DNA of 62,054 nt, counting the filler, from Choristocarpus tenellus KU-1152 (taxonomy: Eukaryota > Protista > Phaeophyceae), in NCBI GenBank assembly GCA_964200185.2. It is 13 parts of 13 records of this genome, joined end to end, with 100 filler letters (N's around TTAATTAATTAA, not from the genome) between each part and the next. Parts side by side here need not be neighbours in the genome. Positions count along the whole stretch, not along the records: positions 44,341 to 51,960 come from CAXNAD020005864.1; positions 52,061 to 55,292 come from CAXNAD020021367.1; positions 55,393 to 57,952 come from CAXNAD020026773.1; positions 58,053 to 62,054 come from CAXNAD020016721.1; 9 more parts are not named here. One strand, given 5' to 3'. A program made the position numbers and the translations under genes. Positions 49,218 through 62,054 of this stretch are shown piece by piece (the first letter of the stretch is position 1; each line of letters begins with the position of its first letter). The notes under the pieces were generated by a model. The model did not search any database and was not told the DNA's origin. It was given only the letters and a program-made list of their open reading frames with translations.

Positions 49218-49899
49218 CTATTTGCATCATAGGCGAAAGTTAAACACAGGGTTAACATTAGGACATGGCACATATTGTTAGCAGTAGCCATCACAACTTG
49301 GGATGAATGTCTTTTTTTACAAGTTCAAGCACGTGCTGAGAATAAGGGGTTGGGGTTAGGGCAAGAGTTGGGACTAGAAAAGATGTGTACTTGTAGTAGT
49401 ATCATGCAATGACACATAGTTCGTGGTGGCATATATTCCCTCTGGTTTTGTCGAATAAATAATGTTCCTATGCGAATGGCTTGCCTATCAGGCTGCATAT
49501 AAATTGTTTCTTGCTGATGCGGCCACATGCTAGAGTTTAAATTCTCAACTTTCGAACAAGCCCCGTAGACCTTAGCAACGTCTGAGGGTTTATTGCTTAT
49601 CGAGAATGGTAGCGGCCAAGGTAGAGGACCTTGTCGCAGGGAGTGAATACCAGGCCTGAATTGTTGAAATTGTGCAGCTATGATCGGTTGGCTTGCTACT
49701 GCTACTGAGGAGTGTGATTACAATACCCCACGATTTTAAACTCTTGAGATTGGCTTCACCAACTAACACCAGAATTGACGCAATAGGAAAGGCAAAGGAC
49801 ATCCCCCTTCACTAGCAGGCAGCTGCCGTTTTGAGACTACTTTTTCTCTGGCAAGGTCTTCGGTAAGGTCAGCAAGTGAGCTGGTCACTAATTGCACTG

Positions 49900-50450
49900 A
49901 AGTATACAGAATGACTGCAACGATGTTGGATTGGGTGATGAGGGTGGCATAATAGTGTCTGGATGATAGACAGTACATGGGTGCAGCCTCTGGTTGAAAA
50001 GGGACAACTGAGAACAATTCTGCAACAGCAGATTGATGCATTTGGGGCAGTCAAAATGCTCAAATGGACAGTGGGAGGAGATGGACTGTGGAGGCCGAAT
50101 GTCACCAATCGGAAGATGAGGGGGTATATCAAGGAGATTGGGGGTTAAACAATAAATTGAAGAGTCATCAAGCCCTTCCTCTCTGACCAACACAAGGTCA
50201 ATATGATGGCCTCCATGAGCAGTATCTTGATACAGGGTGTAGGACCCGTTCTTGACTCCATGTTTGACTTGGTCCATCTAGATGCAAAAATGAAATAGTT
50301 TGGCTTTTGACCGGAAAAAGGGTATACCTCAGGCGTGAGGAGGCACCGCCTCTGTGTCCTCACGCCGTAAGCAAGCCACACATGCCAGAAAGCTATGTTA
50401 CCCCTGTGTTTGGAGGATAGAATGAAACTTCGTAGGACAGGAAGATCGGG
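49900..50450 (+). mobile_element. Degenerate DD39D-type mariner transposase fragment
   Basis: IKPFLSDQHK...SMFDLVHLDAK (compare VH.DEKWF), with stops and frameshifts. Confidence 0.65.
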
Positions 50451-51370
50451 ATTTGTCAACTGACAGAGCTAGCTAAGACGACATGATCATCCCTCAAATG
50501 TACCCAAGATACAACGGAGATCAAGACTGTCAATTTGATAGGTGACATCTACAAGAAAATGTTCAAGAAGAAGGAAGAGGACAGGCAAAGAAGAGTATGT
50601 GTAGATGGGTCCGCCCCCTCACAAACCACCCCTCCTCCCCCAGATACTTTGACCCACTTTTCAATTTAGCAGCAGACTACGAGGAAGACTGAAGATTACT
50701 CATGTGGAATTGCTTGTGCCATTGGGGGTAAGTGCATAGCATCATACCGATCAGTCTATCGCCAATCTTCAACTTGGCAGTCAACAGAAACTTCACATTA
50801 GCCAGCAGTCTGATGGGCTGCATAATGCTTCCTCGAAACACCAGTGGAAGCACAAGCAACTGTGTTTGATCCCTTTGTAACATACAGGAAGGCGTATGAA
50901 AGCATGGGCACGCCATTGGCACAGCCAATTCTTGGCAAAACTCTGTTTGCAGATGCCAACAGTTTATTCCTTTTTTTTCAGATTGGCGCTTTACATACAT
51001 ACAAGTTATGCTATCAAAGATTTACACCAAAATTTACGCACTTAAAAAAACTACATCATTATCAATCGCATGTTCCACGTAGCTCTCAAGTTCACCTGTT
51101 GCACCTAGATATAGAGCAGATACTGAACACTTGCCCACCAAAATCTCGAGAAAAAATGGGGCAGCCTACACCTATTCATAATTCTGCTCCTGAAGCCCTC
51201 CAAAATTCCGTTACAGCATGGTATTTTGTACCGACCAGGGGCATTTGGGGGGAGCTAGCCCGCCTTCTTAGCCTTTTCCTTGCTCAGAAGGGGAATTTTG
51301 AACATGTTGACACCCTTGGACCCCCAGAGCACTTCACCTTAGACTGGAAAGAGGCTTTGTCAGACACGCT

Positions 51371-51880
51371 CTAGTGTCTCCAGAAGGTGCTCATCGAACA
51401 CCTCCGCTGTGGCCTCAACCAGTCTAAGGTGAAGTACAGCACCTCTGTCTTGCTCACCGCTGCGTCTCCTTTCAGTTGATGGACAAAATGAAAGAATCTC
51501 AGGTTGTCGACGTTGAGGTCAGATGAGTTGATTGGCTGGTTCTCTATGACAATGTCGTCCCCCACCACCTCCTTGATTCCCTCCATGATCCCCGCCTTGG
51601 TGCGCGGGTATGCGGGACTTGATTGCCAGGGATGACATCATCGATCATGACCTTCTCTGTACTCCTCCCCATCCACCGTGGCTGGCACAAGCACCTTGGT
51701 GCCCTTGGGGAAGTGTTTGCTAGTGCGCTGAGCAACTCTAGTATCCGTCATTGGCCAGATCCTGAATTTCCCACTGAACCACACCCTGTTGGGGAGCTTC
51801 CTAGGGCAGGCCAAAGCTGCAAGAAACATCACCTTCAAACTGTAATGTAACCAACCGCACCAAGCATGGACTAGACACAC
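51371..51880 (-). mobile_element. Degenerate DD39D-type mariner transposase fragment
   Basis: KVMFLAALACPR...WFSGKFRIWP and ENQPINSSDLNVDNLRFF. Confidence 0.78.
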
Positions 51881-53490
51881 CAGTTAATGAAATTATTCTG
51901 TGCCCCTGGGGGGTTGGGGGTGTCCTCAGTGGGTTGCATGCACACACCTTGCCCATCTATNNNNNNNNNNNNNNNNNNNNNNNNNNNNNNNNNNNNNNNN
52001 NNNNTTAATTAATTAANNNNNNNNNNNNNNNNNNNNNNNNNNNNNNNNNNNNNNNNNNNNCCCCCCCCTCCCAGGTACTTTGACCCATACCTGTATTCTT
52101 CACACACGCCCTCGCCATCCCCGCTACCTCCACCCCTATTGGTTGCGCTGCTTCCCTCCCCTATACTACTATTTAGGCGCATGCGCGCTTTCTTGGACAA
52201 TCTCTTTCTCCTCTTGCACCGGGCCTAGCAGCAACAATCAGTGGGTCTACTTTGTCGCCCTTAGTAGATCGAAGCAGGAGAAGCAAAGTAAAAACAATAG
52301 TTTGATGTGAGAAGGGTGAATTGATCATCAGATGAAAATGAAGGTATTGATTCCGTAGGGATAGGGAGCACTTGGGACTCAAGCTATTCAGGAGAAGACC
52401 TGCTTCAAGTACAAAGATGTGCCATGTGTATTCTCAATCAACAATATAACAGGAGTATTCCAAGTTATAATGCTACATACTACTAGATGTTAAGTATTTT
52501 TTGTATTTGAGCACACAGGACTCCAGCAGTACCAGTTGGTGTCCTTGTCTTTAGTGCTGCGATGGACTTCACTTGTGGAAGCAACACATCGTTGTTTACT
52601 CGATAATTCTAAGGCAATTGGCATACGTATCACTAAGAAGTACTCACCTCTTCATGTCCAAAGTACATAGAAGATATAGAATGTCTATGTGCTCAGAAAC
52701 TTCAACGCCATTGCCTTTGGAAAGTGTCACTCACTAGTCAGGGAATCTTGCTACATCTTAACCTCCCCCAAACACGTCTGAAGCTGATGCAGACGCCACC
52801 GGCACACATGCTTTATGTTAGGAACCTCTTTAGGGAAATTTAAGTACTTGATGGGTTTTCTCAGCTTGCAAGTAACCTGAAATTCCGTCCTCGGCACTTG
52901 TAAGCTCTCCTTCCTTCTCTCCCGACCGTTCCCCTTCCTGTATAAAAACTAGAACAAGACACCCCCAACCCTATCCAACCTCTACGAATTCCCCATGTTA
53001 AATGTCAATTCCAGCTACCTCGAGCAAAATTCATATTTGTACTTTCAACTTCCAGCCCACCGTCCACTGTTGAATCATCCTTATCACCATACTATGGTCA
53101 GTCTTCAGTGTCCCCATTTCCACAATTACGTGTAGTCTTTCCTACCTCCTTCAGCGTCCACTTTCATGTCACATTCCTAATGCATGTCAGGCGGCTTGCA
53201 GTCAGGGGAGCAGCTGCTCACCACTTCCTTGTAGTGGCAAGGATTGCCACGATGACAATCCCATCCCTGTTCAGGAGGGCACAATTGTCCCCAAAAATGT
53301 CCAGGAGAGGTGAGTTTGCTTTGACTAGCGTTAATATTGTTACGAAGGTTGTGTTTACTGTTTGAGGGTGCACAGTGTAGAGACGCTGGGGATATCATGG
53401 AGCAGAAGGGATAACGTGATAGTAGGAACGTATATCAACTCCAATTTTGACAACGTTATGTATTGTTTAGCGCAGTGGTGAGATAATGAT

Positions 53491-53756
53491 ACCCCATAGT
53501 ATCCTAGAGGGGGGGTCAGACGTCCATTCAGGGCCAGTGTGAACCTGTAGTGTTTTTCATGTAATCTGGATGAACGTTTCAGCTGTCAAGACGCTTCCTT
53601 TCACCTGAATGTACCTTCCTTTTCCAACCCCCTACCTGAACCAAATCTGAAGGGAAATCACTCGCAAAATGAGCAAAGTGGTATATGTTACAACACCCCA
53701 TCAAACCCCGAATGGATAACCTGGGCTAAACACCATCCTCTAAGATACTATGTCAC
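53491..53756 (+). mobile_element. MITE family C, full length (266 bp), TSD TGAT
   Basis: tgat|ACCCCATAGTATCCTAGAGG ... CCTCTAAGATACTATGTCAC|tgat. Confidence 0.85.
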
Positions 53757-53806
53757 TGATCTTGATTATCATCATGCATTACTATTCATCAACTGAACTT
53801 CTGAAT

Positions 53807-54066
53807 GGCTCAAAGTATCTGTGAGGGGGCGGCGGCTGTCCATTTGGGGTCATTTTTACATGTTGCGAGTTTTGGGTGATTTGGTTGCATACGTCGGATG
53901 GTTACTGTAAATGCACTTTCCTGATTTTGACCCAAATGGACACCCTTGTGTAGACCCCCNNNNNNNNNNGATGGCGCGGGTCTGTAAGTTAAATGCCCTG
54001 TCGTGATTGTCGCCGGGGTGGCGGGCGTTGTGTCAGCGCCCCCCCCCCTCCCAGATACTCTGGGTC
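53807..54066 (-). mobile_element. MITE family A copy spanning a 10-N gap
   Basis: GGCTCAAAGTATCTG... with family A internal sequence, and cccagatactctgggtc at about 54050-54066. Confidence 0.75.
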
Positions 54067-55392
54067 GATCGGAGATGATGAGAACCGTCTTGTACCACAA
54101 TGCTTTTACTAGTCTGTTGTGTGCAGGCGCGTAGGAAATGCTGGTCAGCATTCCGAAGCTGTCACAGGCGAATAGCACGAGTAATTTTCTTCCCGTGATC
54201 TAACAAGCGCAAGCAGTATATACACGTGGGAATTCTTACAAAGAGGGACTCCGATTTGCTAGAAGATGCAGAGCAAGATTTGTAACGCATAGGGAATCTT
54301 ACAGAAATGAACGTCGATTTGCTAGAAGTTGAAGAATAAGTTTTGTCATTTGAGTATGTATACAACAGTTTGCAGATGTCTTTTAACTTCTAGATTATAG
54401 AAAATGGTGGAGGATGTTAATAAAAAGAGTGTTTCATCAACCACGTGACTCACTTCTAAAAATTGATAAACAAAATATTTACTGACACCAAGCAGTGGTT
54501 ATCAATCGAGAGAAGTACGACTGTTTAGTTAACCAGACGTACGTTGGACTCCCCTTGTCTGTTGGAGTATCCTAGGAGGCTTGTACGAACATCGTCTATA
54601 AGTTTGTGGATTGGAGCTATATATTCTGCGGAGGTAAGCTTCTGGGGCGTGTCGCAACATACCTGCTGCACAACCGGCTGTGGGTGAAGTGGGCGGTCTT
54701 TCATATACTTCCTCAGTTCGGAATTAAATATTATATTAATTTTTCAATCCCCATCAAGCAAAAGATATTTTTCATGTGTTCATAATTTATGTGTCTATTG
54801 TGCAGACACTGCATCTATCTATGATGCCGTCTCCAAAGCCCTCCAAAACTCCATTCCAGGACGGTATTTCGCCGCACCCACCTGGCCATTCAGGAGGGGG
54901 TTGAAGTTAGTACTTGCTCGGGTGCAATAAAGTCTTCCCAGCACAATTCAGGTTTTCCATGTCCTTTTTCGCGGCTTAGCGACAGGCAGGAGGACTATCT
55001 TCACCTTTCTGTTCAATAGTTGTCTTTATGCCACAGTCCATCGAAACCAGATATCGTTGGAAAAGAAGATCAGTGGTGGAGTGGGTTCGAAACTACACGC
55101 TCCTTCGACGGAAACTGATGAGTAGTATAGAGTATCAGTACGAGGACGCAATGATAGGCGTAAGTTAGTACAGTATTAAAGGTCGTAATCTTTGCCTTCC
55201 CGCCGTGATGTCCCATTGGAGAGGAACTGTTACAGGCGAATAGAGCGAGTATTTCTTCTTATATTTCAACGAAGTGCAAACGTTTGTTACACNNNNNNNN
55301 NNNNNNNNNNNNNNNNNNNNNNNNNNNNNNNNNNNNTTAATTAATTAANNNNNNNNNNNNNNNNNNNNNNNNNNNNNNNNNNNNNNNNNNNN

Positions 55393-55631
55393 CCCAAAAA
55401 TCGCGACATGAAAAAATTGACCACAAATGGACAGCCGCCACCCCCCCTCAGATACTTTGTGCCTTGGGGAATATCAATATCCTTGTTCCGGACACACATT
55501 TTCATAGCATACATATTTTACCTGCTCCGAAACATTTTGGAATAGGTAAATGTCATTAAAAACCTGTGGGGAAGCCAAGCCCCAGTTAGACAAACAAGGA
55601 AAAACTCGTACCCTCTAAGATACTTTCACTC
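55393..55631 (+). mobile_element. Right end of MITE A abutting the right part of MITE B
   Basis: cagatactttgtgcc is followed by family B sequence ending CCCTCTAAGATACTTTCACTC. Confidence 0.8.
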
Positions 55632-56242
55632 AGGAGAGTCAATCAACAATTGATGGATCAAGCAGTTTATTGATGGTCTCCCAAGCATAGAGAGCTTGCA
55701 TGCTAGGGTTTGATGCACAGTTAACCTTTTTCACACCGTAGTTAATATCTGCAGGTGTTTAAACATAGGATTCATTGAAGATTTGAAGTGACTGTTGACT
55801 TCCTCTCCAGAAGGCTTCCTAAAAAGGTATCAAGTGTAAAACACTCTTTTCCATGCCTTTTATGGCAACTTAAGCTACAATTCATACACTAGTGAGAGTG
55901 ATTTGTCAGAGAAAAGTGCTTTGTGTTGTATGATAGAGTATCGGTGGCAAAATGCCCATTATTTGTACTTGAGGTTCAAAGTGGCGCATGCTGTTTAATC
56001 TTCTTAATCTCTAGTGGAGATTCACACTTCTGTGTAGAAGAGTGTGAGGAGTTATAGTGTATTTTGATGTCATTGACCATTCCATAGTCAACAATTCCAT
56101 AGGCAACGTCAATCATGGACGATTTTGAAATATCCATCTCCACTTCCTATCCAGCAAACATAACTACAAAATATTTCAAAAAGCATGTAAATATCTAGAG
56201 TTCTTGAGCTCTAGTGTGCTATTCCTTCTGTCTTTGTTTTCC

Positions 56243-56501
56243 GAGCCAAAGTATCTTAGAGAGTAGAGTCGCGTCCATTTGGTGGTCAAAATCCAATGTT
56301 GTGATTTTGATGTAATTTTGTCTATCGTGTTTGTTAGGGAGTGTCAATATCTATGTTATGGACACTACTTTTCATAAGGTATACATTTTACCTACTCCGA
56401 AACATTTTGGAGTAGGAAAATGTCACAAAAGAAGCCATGGAAAGCCAAGGCCCAAATGGACAAACAGGGAAAACCTCGTACCCTCTAAGATACTTTCACT
56501 C
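56243..56501 (+). mobile_element. MITE family B, full length (259 bp), TSD TTCC
   Basis: ttcc|GAGCCAAAGTATCTTAGAG ... CTCTAAGATACTTTCACTC|ttcc. Confidence 0.92.
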
Positions 56502-56943
56502 TTCCTGATCCCAGACACACACTACGCTTCCTTGGACACACTTGCTTCTTGATACAGGGTGTAATCTTCATTTCATCAGGCACCATTGGTGCCTTTGGTT
56601 ATGTGTTCAGTGACTTTGGTGAGTCTTTCTCCATTCACGATCTCAACGGCGAGGTCTCAACCAGCTATCCCATCATATATGTGAGTAGATGGTGTCTCTG
56701 AATCTGATACCGAAGCAGGATGGCAGGGACGCGGGGAGGCAAGGGGGAAAGATTGGGGTTGGGGGAGACAATTGAAACGATCTATTTGCCTATATGCAGG
56801 CAACATGATGTACAATCATCATATTAGTCATTTGGTACTACATCCACAACTTTATGCCCTCTCTGTGTTGTTAAGTTTCCTTTTTGACAGTTAAAACACG
56901 AAACATTATGTATTGCACTGCATAAACTGAAAAACTTGCGAAA

Positions 56944-57202
56944 GAGTCAAAGTATCTTAGTGGGTAGAGCCGCGTCCGTTTGCAGGGCAAATTCAAATGT
57001 TACAATTTTGATGTAATTGTGGCTATCATGTTTGTTAGGAGATGTCGATATCCTTGTTCTGGACACACCTTTTCAAAACATATACATTTTACCTACTCCG
57101 AAATATTTTGGAGTAGGTAAAATGTCATTAAAAATTCGTGAGAGGACAAACCTTGAATGGACAAACAGGGAAAACCTCGTACTCTATAAAATATTTTCAC
57201 TC
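56944..57202 (+). mobile_element. MITE family B, full length, imperfect TSD (gaaa/aaaa)
   Basis: GAGTCAAAGTATCTTAG ... ATATTTTCACTC. Confidence 0.88.
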
Positions 57203-60200
57203 AAAATAATGACGTGTAGCTTGATGGTATCATGCTCCGAATTTGCAGGAAGAGGAAATATGTAAGCTATTGTTGATATTTTGACCACGGGATAGTCCAC
57301 TACATACGAAGAGAATGCGACCAGGAGAACTAATGCAGTCATTGTAACAGACCTGGCAATGGACTAGGGTGGATGGAATCATTCTACTGGCTTGTATGAA
57401 GGTCCTTTTGTCCTTGTCATGGTACATTCGTTCATACACTACAGTCCTTGTGTTCCAAAATAATCAAAGTTGGATGGACCTACCCGCACATACAGCTCAA
57501 GACTCACGAGCAAGGTGCCTGCACCAATTCAAGCCTCCCCTAAATGCACTGATTGTGCTACATAATTGTCTTTTTCCCCATATCAGGGCTGTAGAATCGA
57601 GAAAAAGGACTTGGGTAATGTTGCATACTAGCAACACAGGGATAACCTTTCTGGAACACCCACAATTACCCTTGCATGACAATTGAAGTCGGTTGCACCC
57701 CATTGATATATTACAAAGTCTACTGACAAGGTTCTAGCCCAATCCACCACCAGGTTCTAGCCTTGCAAGAATTTGCAACAACCTTCATTTGCCATTGAGC
57801 CCCTTAGACCTTTGCCTGACCCAATAGTTTCACCTCTTGTTCTATATTCCTTTTCTGATGACTAGAAGTATCTGGGGGGGGGGGGGTACACCGCGGTGTC
57901 CATTCAGGCCCTGACCAGGAGAAGTGCATTTACAATATCCATCCAACTCATGNNNNNNNNNNNNNNNNNNNNNNNNNNNNNNNNNNNNNNNNNNNNTTAA
58001 TTAATTAANNNNNNNNNNNNNNNNNNNNNNNNNNNNNNNNNNNNNNNNNNNNCCAAGCCCTACAAATGGACAAACAGGGAAAAATTCGTACCCTCTAAGA
58101 TAGTTTCACTCTAAATCGTAGTTAAATCTAATCTAAACGGTTCACAACACAACTAACTCCCTTGAACAAGACAGCCCCTACGCTATCCACGACCTCCACT
58201 ATCTGCTGTTCACTGTTTGCCTATTTTTTGCTCGTGAATGATCGTTGACTCATCAGATATATTTGATCATTAAATGAGAGGCATCGGCAAGCCATATTCT
58301 AGTGGATGCCACTGCCTCTAAAGAGATTTTATGCATATCCACCTATATGTTTCTTTATTTATTTCTCTGGGTGTCACTGCAAGAGGCCCTGGCCACGATG
58401 TCGCCTTTCAACTCTAAACTCGGGAGTATGCCCAATCTTGAAAAAGAAACTCAGTCGACGGGGGAAGAAGTTGGGGGGCAGGGGCAGTGCCAGACATAAA
58501 TTCGTTAATCAAGCCAAGAAAATGGAAAATCAGAGGGGGTGGGAGGAGGGGGGGGTTGGGTGCAGCAAATCATCGATCAAGGAATATATCAGTTATGGAG
58601 CAAGCTAGAGAGACAAAAGAGGGGGGAAGGGAGAGTAGTAGACTGTGCCAACTGTAAACCCATGAAGCAAGCCAAGAAAAGGACAATCCACTTTGGGGGA
58701 AAAGCAGTCATGAAGAAAAGGATTGCATGCGCCACAGGAATGAATTGGGTCAGCTAGAAATATTCGACCAGGTTGAATGGATGGAGTGAATGAAGAAGCA
58801 GCAAAGACGAAAGAGAGAGAGCTTGTTAAACTGAAGCAAGAAGATGTGTGTGTGTGTGAGAGAGAGTGTGCGTGTACACTCACGCTTGCCTTTTCTTATA
58901 AGCCAGGTGAAAAAATGCCTAGGTTGCTGTGATTGGGGCAACCATGCGAATTATTGCCAATGTGGTGGCAGCGATTACATACAGTGTAAGAGCAAAGCCA
59001 ATGTTCAATGTCGAAGGTTTGTTTACTCCCCAAAATCTCGATAGACTAAACCCTGTATCAAATAGCGTGTGGTCAACCCTGTAGCATGCAGTCGGCGTCT
59101 AGGGGTGAAAGTAAGGATACTAGACATCTCCAAGTTGTCAGAAATCAAGGTGCAAGAGGTCAAGGAAGTCCATCAAGAAGGTCCACACAACAAGGTGTAG
59201 ACTGAGAAGCCACGGAGCTGGTTCTATAGCATCATCCAAGCTTCCACAGCAATCACATTATTCTGTAGCGCTCAGAGAAGTCATTTATTTTGGGTTGAAG
59301 AACATTTGTAAATACAAAATATATATTGCTACATATTATTACACCCTTTCACATTTTCCAGATTTTCCAGATCGATTCAATATCATAAGAACGCCTGAAA
59401 AAATAACAGTTGTCTGTCGTAAATGTGAAAGATAACTCTCTAAGATCTATTTACAATTTGACTACCAACTATGCTACATCACTCCCCTGCTATGCCTCCA
59501 AAATAGCTTTGCCCTATACCACAGGGCGAGGAGGCACACACAACTTATCATGTATATCGTATAAAACTACTGATTTATATCACTGTTTTACTGGACTTGA
59601 ATAGTATCGTAATGACAACTAAAATGACGCTGAAGTTATCATATGGCGGATTCCTTGGTTGAGTGCATCTTGGTGATGTTTGGTATTGCCAAAATCCCTT
59701 TATTATTGGGTTAGAGTTCGTATTTTGTGTTTTCCTCTCCTTTCGAACCATTGCTCTTAATGACTACTCTTGCTGCATATCCTATCTTATGGAAGAACAG
59801 TACAGAGTAATATAATCTAATCATCAATGATTCAGTCTATAATATCTCTTTATTCCCCTTCCAGACGATGCAAACCCAGGAATTCAAATGACTGACTATT
59901 TAAAAAACAAGTAACTTACACTAATTCCAGATGCAACTGATGTTGCTCGCATCTCAGTTAATGTACTGACTTCCTTCGTGACCTTCCTCTTTCTGGTATG
60001 GAAAGTCCGGTTGGTGAGGAAACTTTTTTTTCAGCCTTACAAAAGAAGATCTGGATCTAGTTGCTGACAAGTAACGAGGCCCTTCTCGACACGACTAATT
60101 TTCCGTTTCTTACACTGTAAAAAAAAAATCCCATCCACCCTCGGATGGAGGCCATGTCCCCATGTACACTCCAATAAAGGGGAATGGTGAGAAAAAAGGG

Positions 60201-60311
60201 GGAGAGGCGGGTATGTCAGGGTTGAACTCGCATGTTCACGACCCTAGCAAGGGAAGACAAGAAAAGTTGTACCAGCAGATTTGCTACTTCTTGTGTTCTT
60301 TCGCAACCAAT

Positions 60312-60518
60312 AACAGCCGATTTCAAAAATTGAGGATGGAGCTTTTCATTTCATTGAGGATGGGCTTGACCCAAAATTGACTGGGATAAAGTGTCGATAT
60401 GTTTTTTTTATATATTTTATGTTTTTTTATTGTCGACACTTTATCCCAGTCAATTTTGGGTCAAGCCCATCCTCAATAAAATGAAAAGCTCCATCCTCAA
60501 TTTTTGAAATCGGCTGTT
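60312..60518. mobile_element. Hairpin (foldback) MITE: near-perfect inverted arms of about 86 bp around an AT-rich spacer
   Basis: aacagccgatttcaaaaattgaggatggagc...gtgtcga | tcgacac...gctccatcctcaatttttgaaatcggctgtt. A related arm lies at 46361-46423. Confidence 0.85.
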
Positions 60519-62054
60519 CAATGGTTGAAGGGAGACGCATGGGAGGCTACGAAGAAAGACAACATTAATGATACCACCTGTACACTGTAACAGCAATGTG
60601 TACCCACAACAAAGAGATACAGTGATCGGTGTAATGGTTGTAAAATATAATATGCATCATTCCTCTTTTCACCATCCTCCTCTTCACAACTCTTCTGTCC
60701 ATGTACATTCTTCACACATCAAACATATACTTGGTGAATAAATGTTAACAGATTAAAGTGTATACGGTGGCGAAGAAAGAGAACGTAAATGTATAGTAAC
60801 ATGAAAATTTCGTGTCCAACAGACGCTGTCGTTGCCTCACAGCGCGCTTCACGCCAGTTTCGACTATGTAGCATCCTCCGTGAAGGGGGTGGAAAGACTT
60901 CTGAGGCAGCGTGCAACAACATGGGCTGTGTATAGGAACACATCATGTTATTGACATTGGGAGGTAAATCAGGTGTATTTTGGGGCGGCACTACTGCCTT
61001 TGCTTCTGTGAGGATTTTTTGTTGTTGTCATGTTCGTTCAATCGGACCTGAAAGGTGGTGGACATACAACTATATATCAAGAACCATCTAGTCGTATTCT
61101 ACGACTAGCAGCAAAACGATAGAGAAGGTATACCGATATCGATGCGATACTATAATACGATTCTGTTGTTAAAACGAGTGATAGTCATGTTCCCATTGAC
61201 GTGGCGATCGGCCTGACGTTTAAGGAGGTAATTTAGAGGAAGGCACTCTATCTCCCCAAGTACATACAGGATATATTCCCCTTGGGTACAATGGAAATTA
61301 TGTTGACAAGTGCAAGTCTGTTATTCGCTACAAATATCAACAGGTGCTCATTATTGTTATTCAACACATTTCATCCGTATGCCTCTAGGACCCTCCTGTC
61401 GTGGTCCCCCCCCTCCTGAATTTCGTTTTCCAGTGTAAGCGTTCGTGTCCATCGGAATAAATAGCGTATCCTTCAGCGGGAAAAGTCTGCCAGATCATGG
61501 TAGTGAGAAACTTCTCCCTAAACGTGACCAATCGAGTTGAGAGGTAGGCAGGTTTGGACTCTATTACATTCAAAGCCACCAATCTTACCTTGTGAAATGC
61601 ACTGGATTTCATTGCTTTATGTAGACAACATTTTACACAAAGTTGATATTCCCTCTTCTCACACACAAAGTCACACTACAACTCAGCGAAGGGTCTTTTC
61701 GCAGTAGTTGTACAAAATGTCATATTTTCTGGAACCTCTTGCCTACCTCTCACTTAGTTTGACTCAGTATATTGCTGCTTCTAACCCTCTTATATTGGAA
61801 CTTTATTATAATGATATAAATAATATGTCCAGGGATCGCACAGGTATTGTTGAAGAATTTATCTGTCGAACGCTAGATGCCTTAGATGAGACAAGACAAT
61901 GAAAGAAAAAAATAAAATATAAGGAATGAAACGGTAGAATACATCCAAGGAGTAGTTAAATCCAGGCTACGCCAAATTGTTTCGGTGACTACGCAAGTGG
62001 CATTGTCTCGCCGTGTCATGCGTTTTAAGCTGAAGTCACCAGGGAGATGGGCAC

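Noticed and set aside
52200-57860. Decayed LINE/RT remnants between the MITEs
   Set aside because: The sequence is coding-like but no intact diagnostic motif could be read. A profile search is needed.
58300-59045. Cys-rich and basic short ORFs as a gene
   Set aside because: They are interrupted by multiple stops and show no recognisable domain or consistent splice pattern.
61385-61666. YSDGHER motif as a transposase or integrase
   Set aside because: It is a single short motif compatible with several families, with no supporting downstream motifs.

Overview
This is eukaryotic DNA from an intron-rich, repeat-rich genome. TTAGGG-type repeats and the gene and TE content suggest a stramenopile, possibly a brown alga (inference only). 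The window is not contiguous: 13 contigs of about 2.5-7.6 kb are joined by 12 identical artificial 100-nt linkers (N44-TTAATTAATTAA-N44), so neighbourhood across linkers means nothing. Most ORFs in the supplied track are spurious, and the real genes had to be rebuilt exon by exon. Partial host genes: MCM7, an ankyrin-repeat protein, a centrin-type last exon, an SLC26/SulP transporter, a basic protein of unknown function, a long terminal exon (possibly Trf4/TENT4-like) and tRNA-Glu(CUC). Mobile DNA: two Ty1/copia fragments, three DD39D-type mariner remnants and two copies of an intron-containing Sola-like DDE transposase pseudogene. There are also about 25 full or partial copies of three related MITE families. 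These share a bipartite TIR core, vary in their outermost 5 nt, and leave 4-bp TSDs. This MITE set with its candidate Sola-like partner is the most notable system seen. No CRISPR array or prokaryotic system is supported.
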